DNA from: Halocafeteria seosinensis
Lineage: Eukaryota
Reading direction: 5' to 3'
DNA: 64,000 nucleotides
NCBI GenBank assembly: GCA_001687465.1
Contig: LVLI01000304.1
Location: 1 to 64,000 of the forward strand
A program made the position numbers and the translations under genes. Below the pieces are notes generated by a model. The model saw nothing but the letters and a program-made list of their open reading frames with translations, was not told the DNA's origin and searched no databases. Shown here piece after piece: positions 35,845-48,947 of this stretch (position 1 is the first letter of the stretch; each line of letters begins with the position of its first letter).

Positions 35845-38462
35845 TCAACTACCATTATCTCTCCAATTACCGCTGTAGGAACGAAGTGGCGGCGATGGTG
35901 GGGGAGGCGCGGCTATCCGACCATCATCCACCGAAGTTTGATCGTGTCTGCGAGATGGAGATGTAAAGGCTTGCGATGTTCCAGTGCGGGGTGTGCTTTC
36001 TTCCTCGCCTTCAGAGTAGATAGTCTGCAGCGAGCGAGATGCAGGAGGCGACCTGTCCGCAAATAGCCTTGCCCTATGGGTGCCGGACTGTTTCGATGCA
36101 CTCGTGGAATGCTCTTGGGCTGGTGCCGTGAGCCGCAAGTCTAGCGTATCTTGGTAAGTAGTCGAAGAACTAGTACTGAGTTCTGTGCTCGTTGATGCCG
36201 GCTTCCGGTGGCCAGCGTTACTCTTCATCCGTGGAGAAACGCCACCCTGAGGTGAGACCTCCATACTATCCCCGTGAAGGTACCTTTGAAGGTTTTCTTC
36301 TGTCTCTTTCTGTTTTAGAAGCGTTCTCTGGAGTTTCCGGGCATTAGCCTTTTGAGCGTTTCGCGCTTCTTCCACAGACTGTTGTGCCTCCTGTAATTCG
36401 TCCAAGTTGTCTTCTTCCTCTGCTTCGTCAGCGGAGCCTACAGACCGTCGAAGTTTCCTCCGGCGATTCTTCGGATTCTTTTTCCGATGCAGGGACCAGC
36501 GATCTAATGTGGTAGTCCGAACAATGTTATCACCATTCCCGTCGGAAGGATTTAAGTGCTGATTCCGCATTGGATACCTACTCCTTGAAGATGAGGACTT
36601 CCGGATCGTCGTGTCATAGCATTCCTTAGAAGCCGTATCATGGCTATTAGCCTCTTTACTAACAGCGGTGTTTGCATTACTCTCCTCCGCTGGCGCCGGG
36701 ATATTTGTACTAGTCTCCTCAGAGGGCTTCGGGCTGGCACCGTAAAACGGTTGCTGTGCTTTTTTAGACTCCACTCCCTGTAATGGTACCCCTTCTTGTA
36801 CTCCATCATTTATTTTTTCGTCGGCAGCGGCGGCTTTATGTTCCAGCATAGATTCAACATCGTCATCCGGTTCAATCTGGATAGTAGTGTCTTTTCCTCC
36901 GGCTAAGCGCTCAATCGTTTCCATCCCCTGTTGCTGTTGGTGCTGCGCAGCGTTATGACTCCATCTTGTCCTCGTTATTCGCAACTCATTGTCTATCATT
37001 TGTTGCATCAATTGCAATACGTCAACGACCTCCGAAAAAGATGGTCGGTTATTTGGGTCATGCCGCCAAGCGCGGCTCATCAACTGGGCGTATTCCAATG
37101 GGCAGTACGCCGGAATAGGAGGGCGCAACCCTTCATTTGCAACAGCATAGGCTAAACCTAGTCCAGATCGATCAGGATAAGGATCCTCTCGAGTTAGTAT
37201 TTCCCATAATATAATTGCAAATGAGAAAACATCAGCTTTTTCATCATAAGCCTCTTGCCTGACGATCTCTGGCGCCATAGTAGCCGGCGTACCACAGTAC
37301 GTTTCCATCTGACCCATGGGTCTCATTTGTCTACTTAAACCAAAATCTGCGATTTTTACTGTGTAGTAATCGTCTAAAAGTAAATTGGTAGATTTCAGAT
37401 CCCTTTGAATGATCCCCGCCCGGCCATGCAAATAGTGCATCCCTCGCGCAATATCAGCCGCCAAATTAATGCGGGTGGACCAATTGATCTTTTGAGAAGA
37501 GTGAAGGTATGAATACACATCTCCCTTATTGCAGAGCTCCGTTACAAGACTCAGGTTGCCGGCAACTGGATTCATTACGGCGCCAATGAACACGAGCACT
37601 GTAGCACATCGTACGTTCCGTGGAACGTCAAAAAAAACTTGCAGGAGATAAGAGATAAATCCTTACCATTAGGATGCTGCATGGTTGACATAAGGTAAAT
37701 TTCGTCCCGAAATCTCTCCACCATTTCTTCATCGTTAAACCAATTTCCCAGAAGCTTCTTAATTGCTACCTGTGGAAACACGAGGGAGTGGCAAAATGGT
37801 TCAGCACCATGTTTCGCAGCAGCGAGGCTTACCTTCCGTCCTCTATAGTGCCCTTCATATACCTCCCCGACATTACCTTTCCCTATCAATTTGCCGAAAC
37901 GGAGTTCGCGAGGGTCAATTTGCCAGCTTTCCTGCATTCCTTGATCTCCAGCCTGAACCAAAGAGTACAGATATTTCCTGCTAATAAGGAACCATGGTCA
38001 CAGAAAACGTAATCCCACCGAATGTGGGCTTACCGTCCTAGATGGTGATATCCTCGAACCGTACTCCTCCAGGCCTCCCTGTTTCGACTTGCGAATGCCA
38101 GGAAGCAACTGTCGTAGGGAAACCCTATTCACCGAACGTGTAGTAAGCTGCAAAACAGTAACATCAAGAGTGTAGGGTGTCGTCAACTCGGACCATAGTT
38201 TGCTCGAGCAATTGCAGAGAGAATGACGCACCCAATAAACTGTGAATATCAGTGCTAAACCCACGGTTGCAAAGAAGTATACCGTCAGTGGAACGAACAG
38301 GTCATCACAGAGGTCCTCTTCGTCAGAAAGAGCCCTACCAGAGCCGGGTGAAGAGGCCGCATATCGCCTGTGGTACTCATTCTGGGCATGAATAGCTCCA
38401 CTTTGACCCGCCAACTCCCACCATGACGTGGAGATGTCCTGTTCCTCCATCACTGCTCCCAT
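35845..38462 (-). CDS. Tyrosine-kinase-like (Raf/MLK-type) protein kinase with an N-terminal TM segment and a long disordered C-tail
   Basis: IGKGNVGEVY, VAIKKL, QRDLKSTN, DFG, GTPATMAPE, DVFSFAIILWE, RPSF; upstream hydrophobic segment VPLTVYFFATVGLALIFTVYW. Confidence 0.9.
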
Positions 38463-38832
38463 TTATGTCTATCTCGCTCGGTTCTCCTCATGGCAGAGAC
38501 TGTCAGGAGGCTAATGCCATTGTTCAAAAGCCGTCCTCTATCACATTTCGTTAGCAAACCATGTTTGTATCGCAGCGATTCGCAAGCATCGAGTCTTACA
38601 TAACTTCAACTTAGGTTGCAATACGCGGAAAACAAAAGACACTGCCAAAACCGCGCCCCCTGAGGGCCCNCCTCCCCCTCGCCCATCAAGAAACTGTTAT
38701 GAACCTGGTATACAGACACTCAAAGGACATTTTTTTGGTTTTCCATGTAGATTGACTGTTTTGGACGCGAATATTTTCCTTCTCAAGCTATCTCTTCGTC
38801 AGTTTGCCGTATCGTCATACTTAATTGCGAAG

Positions 38833-40156
38833 ATGAAGGTCCTTGTCATTGGGGGCCACTCGGGCTGGGTCGGCCAGAAGATGATGGAACTTCTTCCTGC
38901 CAAGGGTTTCGAAGCGAAGGCTGCGTCAACCAGAATGGAGAATCGTGAAACTTTAGCAAAGTAAGGGCTCTCAAGTGGAGCCGTCCCCGTAACGGGGCAT
39001 CTATCTACTTGTGTTTTGGGCTCTGCAGGGAAATTGATGACTATCAGCCAGATAGAGTCATTGTTGCGGCAGGACTGGTATGTATCATCCTTACACATCG
39101 ACCGATGTGTATGTTGATATCTAACTCATCCGGTATTTCCCTCCAGACTGGAAGACCAAATGTGGACTGGTGCGAAGACCACCGCGTCGAGGTGTTAAGG
39201 TAAGAGACTCCTCTCGCTGCCGCCTTCGTGAGGCATTTACACGACTCTGTCGGAAACGCAGAGCCAATGTGATTGGGACTTTGAATGTCTTTGACTTGTG
39301 CAACATTAGAGGAATTCACTGCACCTATTTTGGGACAGGATGCATCTACTCGTAAGTGCAGTCGCTGTCTCGTGGGTCTTACTCGAATGATTGGCCACAA
39401 TTTGCACATGGTTTATCAGGTACGACGATAAGCACACTCCTGAAAATCCTGTAACCGAAGAGGATCCTCCAAACTTTCAAGGCTCTTATTACTCCAAGAC
39501 GAAAGGCATGGTTGACCAGGTTAGTTATGGAATTCGACTCAAGGCTGCCTGTAGTGACATACGCTTCAGAGTTGGTCTTGCTATCAATGCAGTTAAGTAG
39601 AGACTACGATAATGTGCTGAACTTGAGACTGCGCATGCCGATTAGCGATGATCTCCACTCGCGAAGCATCGTTACTAAATTGCTCAAGTATGAGAAGGTA
39701 TGTTATTCCCTTAAGATTGTGCCCTCAGCTCAAGGTAAAACATTTCATACTCTGCAGGTGATTGATATCCCCAACTCAATGAGCGTACTTTCTGATCTGT
39801 TGCCAATTAGCGTACAACTATTGGAAGAAAAAGAAACCGGCACGTTCAATTTCACGAACCCTGGAGTAATTTCTCACAATGAGATTTTGAGCCTCTACAA
39901 GCAATATGTTGATCCTAGTTTCACTTGGGGAAACTTTTCGTTGGAAGAACAAGATAAGGTGAGTGCAACGAGGTACATTATCGTCTAGGATGACCTGACA
40001 CATTGGCGTACGCTCCCGTCTCAGATACTCAAGGCCGGTCGTTCGAACACTTCGCTTTCTGTTGAGAAACTTCAGAAGCGTGTGAAGACAGACATCCCTC
40101 CCATCAAGGATAGCGTGGCAAACGTATTGAAGAAAATAGGGGAAACCCGCAATTGA
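38833..40156 (+). CDS. NDP-4-keto-6-deoxyglucose 3,5-epimerase/4-reductase (NRS/ER, UER1-type), 8 exons
   Basis: MKVLVIGGHSGWVG, AAGL/TGRPNVDWCEDH, NVIGTLN, TYFGTGCIY, EEDPPNFQGSYYSKTK (YxxxK), LRLRMPISDD, IPNSMSVL, NFTNPGVISHNEIL, RSN. Seven GT-AG introns read by eye. Confidence 0.93.
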
Positions 40157-40245
40157 CCAGCACGGTGTATACCATTTTGTTCCTTGGGGGCGCAGAGAGC
40201 TACACTGGAATGTACACAACAGTTCTGCTAACTTATCTACACGTC

Positions 40246-41692
<1,447 letters not shown>

Positions 41693-43443
41693 TTTACAGC
41701 GAGTCTAAACAGAAAGATGAATAACTAACGTATACACAGTGACGTAATACAATAGCAGAAGCTATGGATGGGAACCGTAAATCAATCCTTGATAGTCTAT
41801 AGAGAAGGGGTGTCGGTTACGGCCTGCAGCCTGCAGTTTTTGGGAAACTTACCGAGGTAGTCGCACCAGCGGTTTGGCAGCAACAAAGTTACACTTTCGT
41901 ACAACTACACATGCACACTAGAGTTTATATTCTGATTTTGTCAAAGCAAACGTATCCTGAAAGGTTGCGTATAAGTGTCATGGTTATCGATATGGACGCA
42001 ATACAATAACGCTGTCGTATGGGAACAGCGGCAGAATAACTTCCACTTCTGTCAACTGAGAAATTCACGGATGGGAGCTAACTGATGTAGGGAGCAGTAG
42101 AACTGAAAGATTCTTACTGGAATTACGTTGCGAGATGATTTCACTTGACATAATTCAACAATACCGATTCAAGGTGTGTTGAACTTTACACTGACTAGAC
42201 CACGAAGTTGCAACTTGCACCGACACTGAAATGCAGAATTCTGGCAAGGGGATAACCCTTGTTTCGCTTCTTCCATCCAACGCCGCAACATATCGGCAAT
42301 CCACCAGCTTCTCTCAAATGACGTACATTGTATTCATCAACTTCATTAGCGTGTGTGCTTTTGTGCTTCTTCTTTGCGCCCTCAATCACGTTGCGCGATC
42401 AGGATTCCGGAACAGCTCCGACTAACTCGAAGTAAAGATTGTTGTGGAAATGGTATCCTTGGGGTCGCGGGGCCCTCTTTCAGTTCCCTTTGCTGGAAAC
42501 TACAAAAATGGTGAGGGAGGCGCGTAAGCGTCGATCGTCTGACGGACACACGCTCTGTGTTTCATCGAGGATATTACGCGCTGTTGTCAAGAGGTAAATC
42601 CAGAGGAAACACTTTACAGGCTTCAAGGTTCTTCTCAGCACCTGGTTGCCACATCGTTTCCCGCGGCTGCGCTTCAAAGGCACACGTACATCGCCTTAAC
42701 TGCAGCTCCGTTCCTTGCCAGGCTCTAGCTACTCCCCAACAACGCAGCAGACTTTTTCTCTCCCTTCGGGAATACACCGACTCTCTTGCCCCCTGTTCTT
42801 CTTAGAGTATTAGCCCTACGGTCCTTGTGCATCGATAGAGACTGTAAAGACGCTATACTGGAGCCGAACTGTCGGTGGGTGTCTTCGTATTCATTTGCTT
42901 GCCCCCAAACAAAGTTTATAGCGGGAGGGAAGGTCAGGGCGCCACAAGATCGCGGTACGTACATTGGCCGTACAGAAACACTGTTTTTTTTTCAGCGGCT
43001 TGGAGAGAAGGGAGGGCGCTATTATCTGCAAAAGAGACTGTTGTTCTGGTGTCGCCCCGTGAAGATTTTGTACAAGATCTCTCGGTCGTCGAGGGAAAAC
43101 CTAAGCGTGTTTCTCACCTTTGCAACCGGCTTATTTCGTTATAAGGGTGTATTCCGGGAATAAATTTGCGGTATCAAATTCTCGACTTCCCAAAAATGTG
43201 ACTTTTTAACCAGGCTGTGTGTCTCGTCATTGGCTCTGCAGTTCCGTGTGCCGTCTCTGCTACTTTTGGAGGAAGCCAAGAGTTGTTTTGTTCAACCAGG
43301 GAGACACATTGCTCTTCCACGGTCTTAGACAGGGAAGAATTCTCACCACCAAAGGATGAGTATACAACGACCACTGTACATTCGTGGGAGGAAGCAATAC
43401 TAGGCGCTCCAGTTTTCTTAAAGGAAGCATTAACCCATACACT

Positions 43444-45250
43444 ATGGCTTCCGCCGCCGGATTGCCGTTGCGACGAAACCGAGATCCTCCCCAGCTGCGC
43501 TGGCGGCTGGGCAACGTGTTTGGAGAAGCTGGCTGTGCTGTAGAGGAAGTCCAAGAGGCCGACATTCTCTCCGCTCTCGAATTCGATCCCACAGGGAAGT
43601 ATTTAGCTACAGGGGACAAGGGTGGCCGAGTAGTACTTTTTCAACGAGAGAATGAAGAGGAAGAAGGGCAGCAAACTGGAGAGGATCTTAGCTCGCAGTT
43701 GAACAATGTTGAGGTATGCGTTATTTTCGAAATTTCTCGCTGCTAGAGAGCGTTGACGCTCTTTTCCTCCCAAGCCACAGATTACCAGCGATTCCAAAGT
43801 GGAAGGTCGCTCTGCTAGCGAAGCAGGAGAGAATGAAGGTCGTGTTAGCTCCTCATCCCCCGCTCTCTACACTTTCTATGCTGAGTTCCAATCGCATGAA
43901 CCAGAGTTCGATTACTTAAAGTCGGTGGAAATAGAGGAGAAGATCAACCAAATATGCTGGTGTCCTAGCTATAACGATGCGTTATATTTGCTTACAACAA
44001 ATGGTAAGCCTGTTCGAGTACAGCACTTAGACGAGCGTTCCATCGAAATACATCTTTGTGCTACATTTTGTTTTTCGCCGACAGATAAGACTATCAAACT
44101 GTGGAAAATACAAGAAAAACTAGCCCAACAGGCTGAGACATTCAATGTTCAACAGGGCAGATATGGGGGCCGTGTGCCGGTGGACAAGCTTAAAATACCC
44201 CGTCTGAGTGCACCAGAACGGACGGTAGCAGCGGTGCCGCGGCGATTGTACGCGAATGCTCACGCATACCACATTAACTCCATCTCGCTTAACAGTGACG
44301 GAATGACTTTCCTCAGTACTGATGACTTGCGAATTAACTTATGGAGCCTTGATGCGACCACTTGCAGCTTCAACATTGTGGACATTAAACCATCTGTTAT
44401 GGAGCTGCTAACCGAGGTGATTACGTCTGCGCAATTTCACCCTCGGCACTGCCACGTGTTTGCGTATTCTTCTTCCAGAGGCAGCATCAAATTAGGTGAT
44501 ATGCGTGAAAGAGCTTTATGTGACAAGCACGCAAAGGCTTACGAGGAAGCTGACGACGCGGCGTATAAAAATTATTTCGCTGAGATTACTGCTAGTGTAT
44601 CAGATATTCAGTTCAGTCCAGATGGTCTGCATCTCTTTTCTCGAGACTACTTGAACGTGAAAGTGTGGGATCTACGCATGGAAAACCGGCCGGTGCATAC
44701 CATTCCTGTACACGACTTCTTGGCACCAAACTTGTACAACTTATACGAGAACGACTGTATATTCGACAAGTTTGAGGTGTCGGTATCTCCGGATGGAGGC
44801 CACTTTGTTACCGGGTCTTACGGAGACAGGTTCTGCGTCTACGATTCCGCTGGTAAAACGGAATCTATTATGGAGCTCGGAAAGGTAGGACCTGTTGTGC
44901 CATCACCTCACTCCTCTATTACTGGCCGAACACCTGATCCTGATCTGCTAGATTATAGTCGGAAAGTACTGCACTGTAGTTGGCATCCGCATGCAGATTG
45001 TGTGGCTGTAGCTGGTCTCAACAATTTGTTTATCTACAATGCTGACCGGGTGGGAGGCCACCTGCCTTTGCCAGGTAGTACCGGAAGCGCCGCTCCAGAC
45101 TCAGTATACCGTCAGGAAACTGGTCCGGACTACCATATATCTTCTGATACCGCTGAAAGTGCGGGAGATCCCTTCGCCTCCTTTAAGCCCTCGAGCAACA
45201 GCATTGACTACTCGCGGAGGCACAACGCTGTGCGTAACGGCGATAGATAG
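43444..45250 (+). CDS. PPP2R2: Protein phosphatase 2A regulatory subunit B55 (WD40)
   Basis: [78 protein letters not shown]. Confidence 0.97.
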
Positions 45251-45293
45251 TCTTTGCAAAAATAGTTTTACTATATTGATTGGTCTGCTTCGT

Positions 45294-46599
45294 TTACGTA
45301 GCTCCTGCGGCTGCTCGGAGGTGGACTAATTGCCGCCTTCTTTGCCATGAGAACTCCTTTCTCACTTCACTATTAAACTGGTACCGAGCTTTACTTTTAA
45401 ACGAGTCTTCATCCAGATTGCGCGATCGCTTCCTGCTTGTAGACGTTGGTAACCGGTTAGATATATCCGACAACGCTATTCGACGTTGAGCAACCGTAGT
45501 TTCCGTCCGATACGGAGAAGATTCCTCCAATATTGAGTCCATAACCCGCATCGCGGCGCTGTTGAAGGACCCGGCACTCCCTTCTTGATTAAACGAATAG
45601 CATCGACCCCATCCATGCTCTAACAGCAAGATGGCAATGCTGGTATAGTCTCTGAGTTTCTCCAAGTCTCTTTTAGAGGAGAAACAACTCCAGCATAAGC
45701 TCATCATATCAGTTCCAGCAGCGTCGGTAACATTCGGATCTGCCCCTGCATTCAACAATAAGTTCGTCGTACATGCTTGCCCAAGTCTGATAGCCGTGGC
45801 AAGCACTGTTTCTACCCGTAAGGGCCATTTCCTGGAGAGATCTCGAGCATGTTCGGGCCAGAAGCGCCTATTTACACCGCCATCCCTCCTGGAATAAGTT
45901 ACGCTAGACAACTTATGTATGATGTACGTAGTCGCTTGAGGGAAATTCAAAGAAATGGCGGCATGCAAGGGGGTCTTGGGGCCAGTATACAAACGCTGCG
46001 AAACAATGGAATTAGCAACGTTGTTTCGTGGTCACAGATCATCTTAACTTACTGATACTGTGTCAACTTTAGCCCCCGCTTCAACTAGAGTCTTAACCAG
46101 ATTGATCCGACGAGAATAAACCGCCCATAGAAGTATGGGCTTTTCCTTGATCTGTTGCAGACAAGTGTTTGGTTCTTGATTAGGTCTCTGCTCATGTGAA
46201 ATCATAGCTACATACAGTGCTGAATTCGGAGAGAAGAATGTCTCTGGTCGTCGGATTTCTTGACAATTCGAGAAAGCAATAGTAGGAGGGCTTCTCAATG
46301 GCTTCGGTAATTACATGCCGAATTGTCTGCGATACGTGTAGCAAAATTAACAAGGGAACAGCGTCTCCGCAGTCTCACGCGCGTACTTCCAACGACAGCG
46401 ACTTTCGTCGCTGTAATAATCTCGAGAGCTTCTCACTGTCATCGTTACGTATACACTCGTAAAATTCTGCCTCCGGATAGGAGTAATTCGGAGCCATTGT
46501 GGCACATTCTGGCCCAAATAGCTGCTGCAACTGAGCAGCGTCAAACACTGCTGCGAGAGCGGCGAAACTCCCCTCGCTTCCACTACACTCGTTTTGCAT
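45294..46599 (-). CDS. Ankyrin-repeat protein, multi-exon
   Basis: PILLWAV..LVKTLVEAGAKVD, KTPLHAAI, TVLATAIRLG..LLLNAGADPN. Start uncertain. Confidence 0.72.
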
Positions 46600-47835
46600 A
46601 GTTTCTGCAGAGCAGCCAGCATCAAAGGGCTTGAATCGAGGAAATCAAGGTCATAGATACGTGATATTGTGTATGGAAACAACATGAAGCGAATAATAAG
46701 CAGAAGATGTAATTCAAATCATTTGAATTCTAGTCTTCTAACGGTCGTGCGGTGTTGTTCTTTGAATACGTGCACATAAACACTTGACTTACGGAACTTG
46801 CTACCACGATCGAGAATTCTTCTGATACATTCTCAAACAGGGAAGTACAATGCAGTTTGTAGAGCACAAGTAGGTCTTACAGTCTCTGGCCCTCACTAAC
46901 GAACTTCACACAATGTTTACTTACAGACTGTGTACAACTTGTACTTGTACAATTGTACAATGTGACAAGTCTTTGCAGCCACCCCGAAGTTCGCACTTCT
47001 GAAGGGGAGCCAATGAGTGACTGATTGGCCCGGTAAAATTAATTTGACTCTACAATGGGCAGGATGGATAGCTCTAGGTTTGTACGATACGGGTTGTCAA
47101 TACCCTATCGTCGTCCAACTGTAACACACGAGAACCAAGTACCATGGTATCATTTATCGCATTCCTCTTTGATTCATGCAAACTTTGTAGTGCAATTTTC
47201 AGTCTGTATCTGGAAAATTGAGAGATGGAATGTACCATACTCCAGGTATATGTTCTTCGCTGTCGAGTGTTAGACATGATGGACATCATTAGGCTGATGA
47301 ACCAGGTTCATCGGTCATTTCCAGACTGAACTTCTCCAGTTGGATGTCGCTGATCCATTGCATCGCGCTTCAATTGTCCCAATCTTGGAGAAAGAACAAA
47401 AGGGAAGCAAGCTGCAGTCTATAGGAGTTCATCCTTGCACAAGCACACAGTCGGTGGTAGTTAGCTTCCGGCTCTTCACGTTGGTAGTATACAACTTCGT
47501 AGTGAACGGAGATTTACCGAACTTCACTGCAGGTTCGTTATCGCTTCGATCAAGTTTTTCATTGCTCCAGGGTGCATGCGCATACATGCATTTCAGCACG
47601 ATACACGGTTGTAGTTCTACCGCGAAGCCTGTGAAGGTATCTTCACAAGAGGATGAGTTTGTACTATTACCATTAGCATATGGCATGCAACCTGAATGAT
47701 TCAAGCTCATGTGATGTTATTCTTACCTCGTATATCCTACAGTATCAACGTTTACCCTAGCATAGTTCCAAGCCATCATTGTTGCGTTCAGCAAGCTGTG
47801 ACACACAGCATCCATTTCAATTTCATCGCTATACA

Positions 47836-48722
47836 ATGGCAGCTGAGGAGAAACACGAGTCATTAGAGACGCATCACGAACGCGGAGAAAATGCACCTCG
47901 AAGAGAAGGGGCGCACGTAGATTCCTCAGCCTCTTCCTCATCCTGTGCAGCCGCAGGAGCCCCCGGCGGCAACAGAGGCTCGAGTCAGAAGCTGGAGATC
48001 GGGAAGACACAATATTATCCAGGACACTCATTCAGTCATGCTACAGAAGCTTCCCGAAAGAAGCGTGCACCTCCATTGGATGTCAGTACCGTCGAGAAGA
48101 GTATGTGGGGATACGTCGTTCTTGTGCTTTCAGCAGTCTTACGAGTAGGTATATGTGCCGTGCAGGTAAAGACAAGTGTACCAAGCGTGAGTCAACTCGC
48201 TTACTTGATCTCTGTAACTGCTTTCACTAATTGCTATTAAAGAATGTCGATGCAGTTTTGTCTAGAGTGCAGGGGTTCATTCAGCAGATGAGCACTGCCA
48301 ACGAGAATCTGCACCAGACAATTTCCAGCGAAGGCAGAGAGGCTGTCGATATTGAGGAAGTTGATGAGGGCCAGCAACACATTGAGATGGTAAGGTTAAC
48401 ATTGCTTCTTTCACTCAAGGTTTAACGGACTCGTAATTCGGAATCTACATCAAGTCCCTTGGCGGTTCAGGACATTCAATTCGCAGAAATGAACTCAGAC
48501 GCGGAGGCGGAAGATGAAGAGGAGGAGGAGGAGGAAGAAGGCAAGGAAGCAACTTCGAAGGATGTAAACGAACACACGGTAATTGGTGGATCTTCAAACA
48601 AAGATATTGGACATGATGAAGGTGACAAAACGTCCGACTCTAATGATACAATCAATGTAAATACAAGAATCTGTCAGCGTCGGTCTAAACAGAAACCAGT
48701 AATTGAGGAATGTGAAGCCTAG
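47836..48722 (+). CDS. NOPCHAP1 / C12orf45 (DUF4598)-like protein, multi-exon
   Basis: VLSRVQGFIQQMSTANENL...DIEEVDEGQQHIEM/DI followed by an acidic tract and terminal KPVIEE, matching the recalled DUF4598 pattern. Confidence 0.65.
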
Positions 48723-48947
48723 CAATAGAATGGTTTTCATGGTGAAAAGAATCCGCAGTACTCAGTGAATATTGGAAAGGACAAAACTAGGTTGACCCTG
48801 CCAGAGACGCCCGTATTTACCCCCAAGCCCTTGTTTGCTACTTCACGTTTCCCAAACTAAAATACTGAGGGCTCCAGACTGTGGTAGTGTAGCCGTACTG
48901 ACAAAAGTCCGTCTATTTTTGGTTACCGTTGTTCCTACAGGAATGAC

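Noticed and set aside
38670..38670. Single N base in the kinase/epimerase divergent promoter
   Set aside because: Assembly ambiguity or join, not biology. It does mean linkage across this point is unverified; the rhamnose pair lies wholly on one side of it.
42611..42650. Minus-strand GCTGAGAAGAACCTTGAAGCCTG resembles part of a TPP riboswitch core
   Set aside because: No P2/P3 or P5 helices, no downstream GCG..GGGA element, and no thiamine-related gene nearby.
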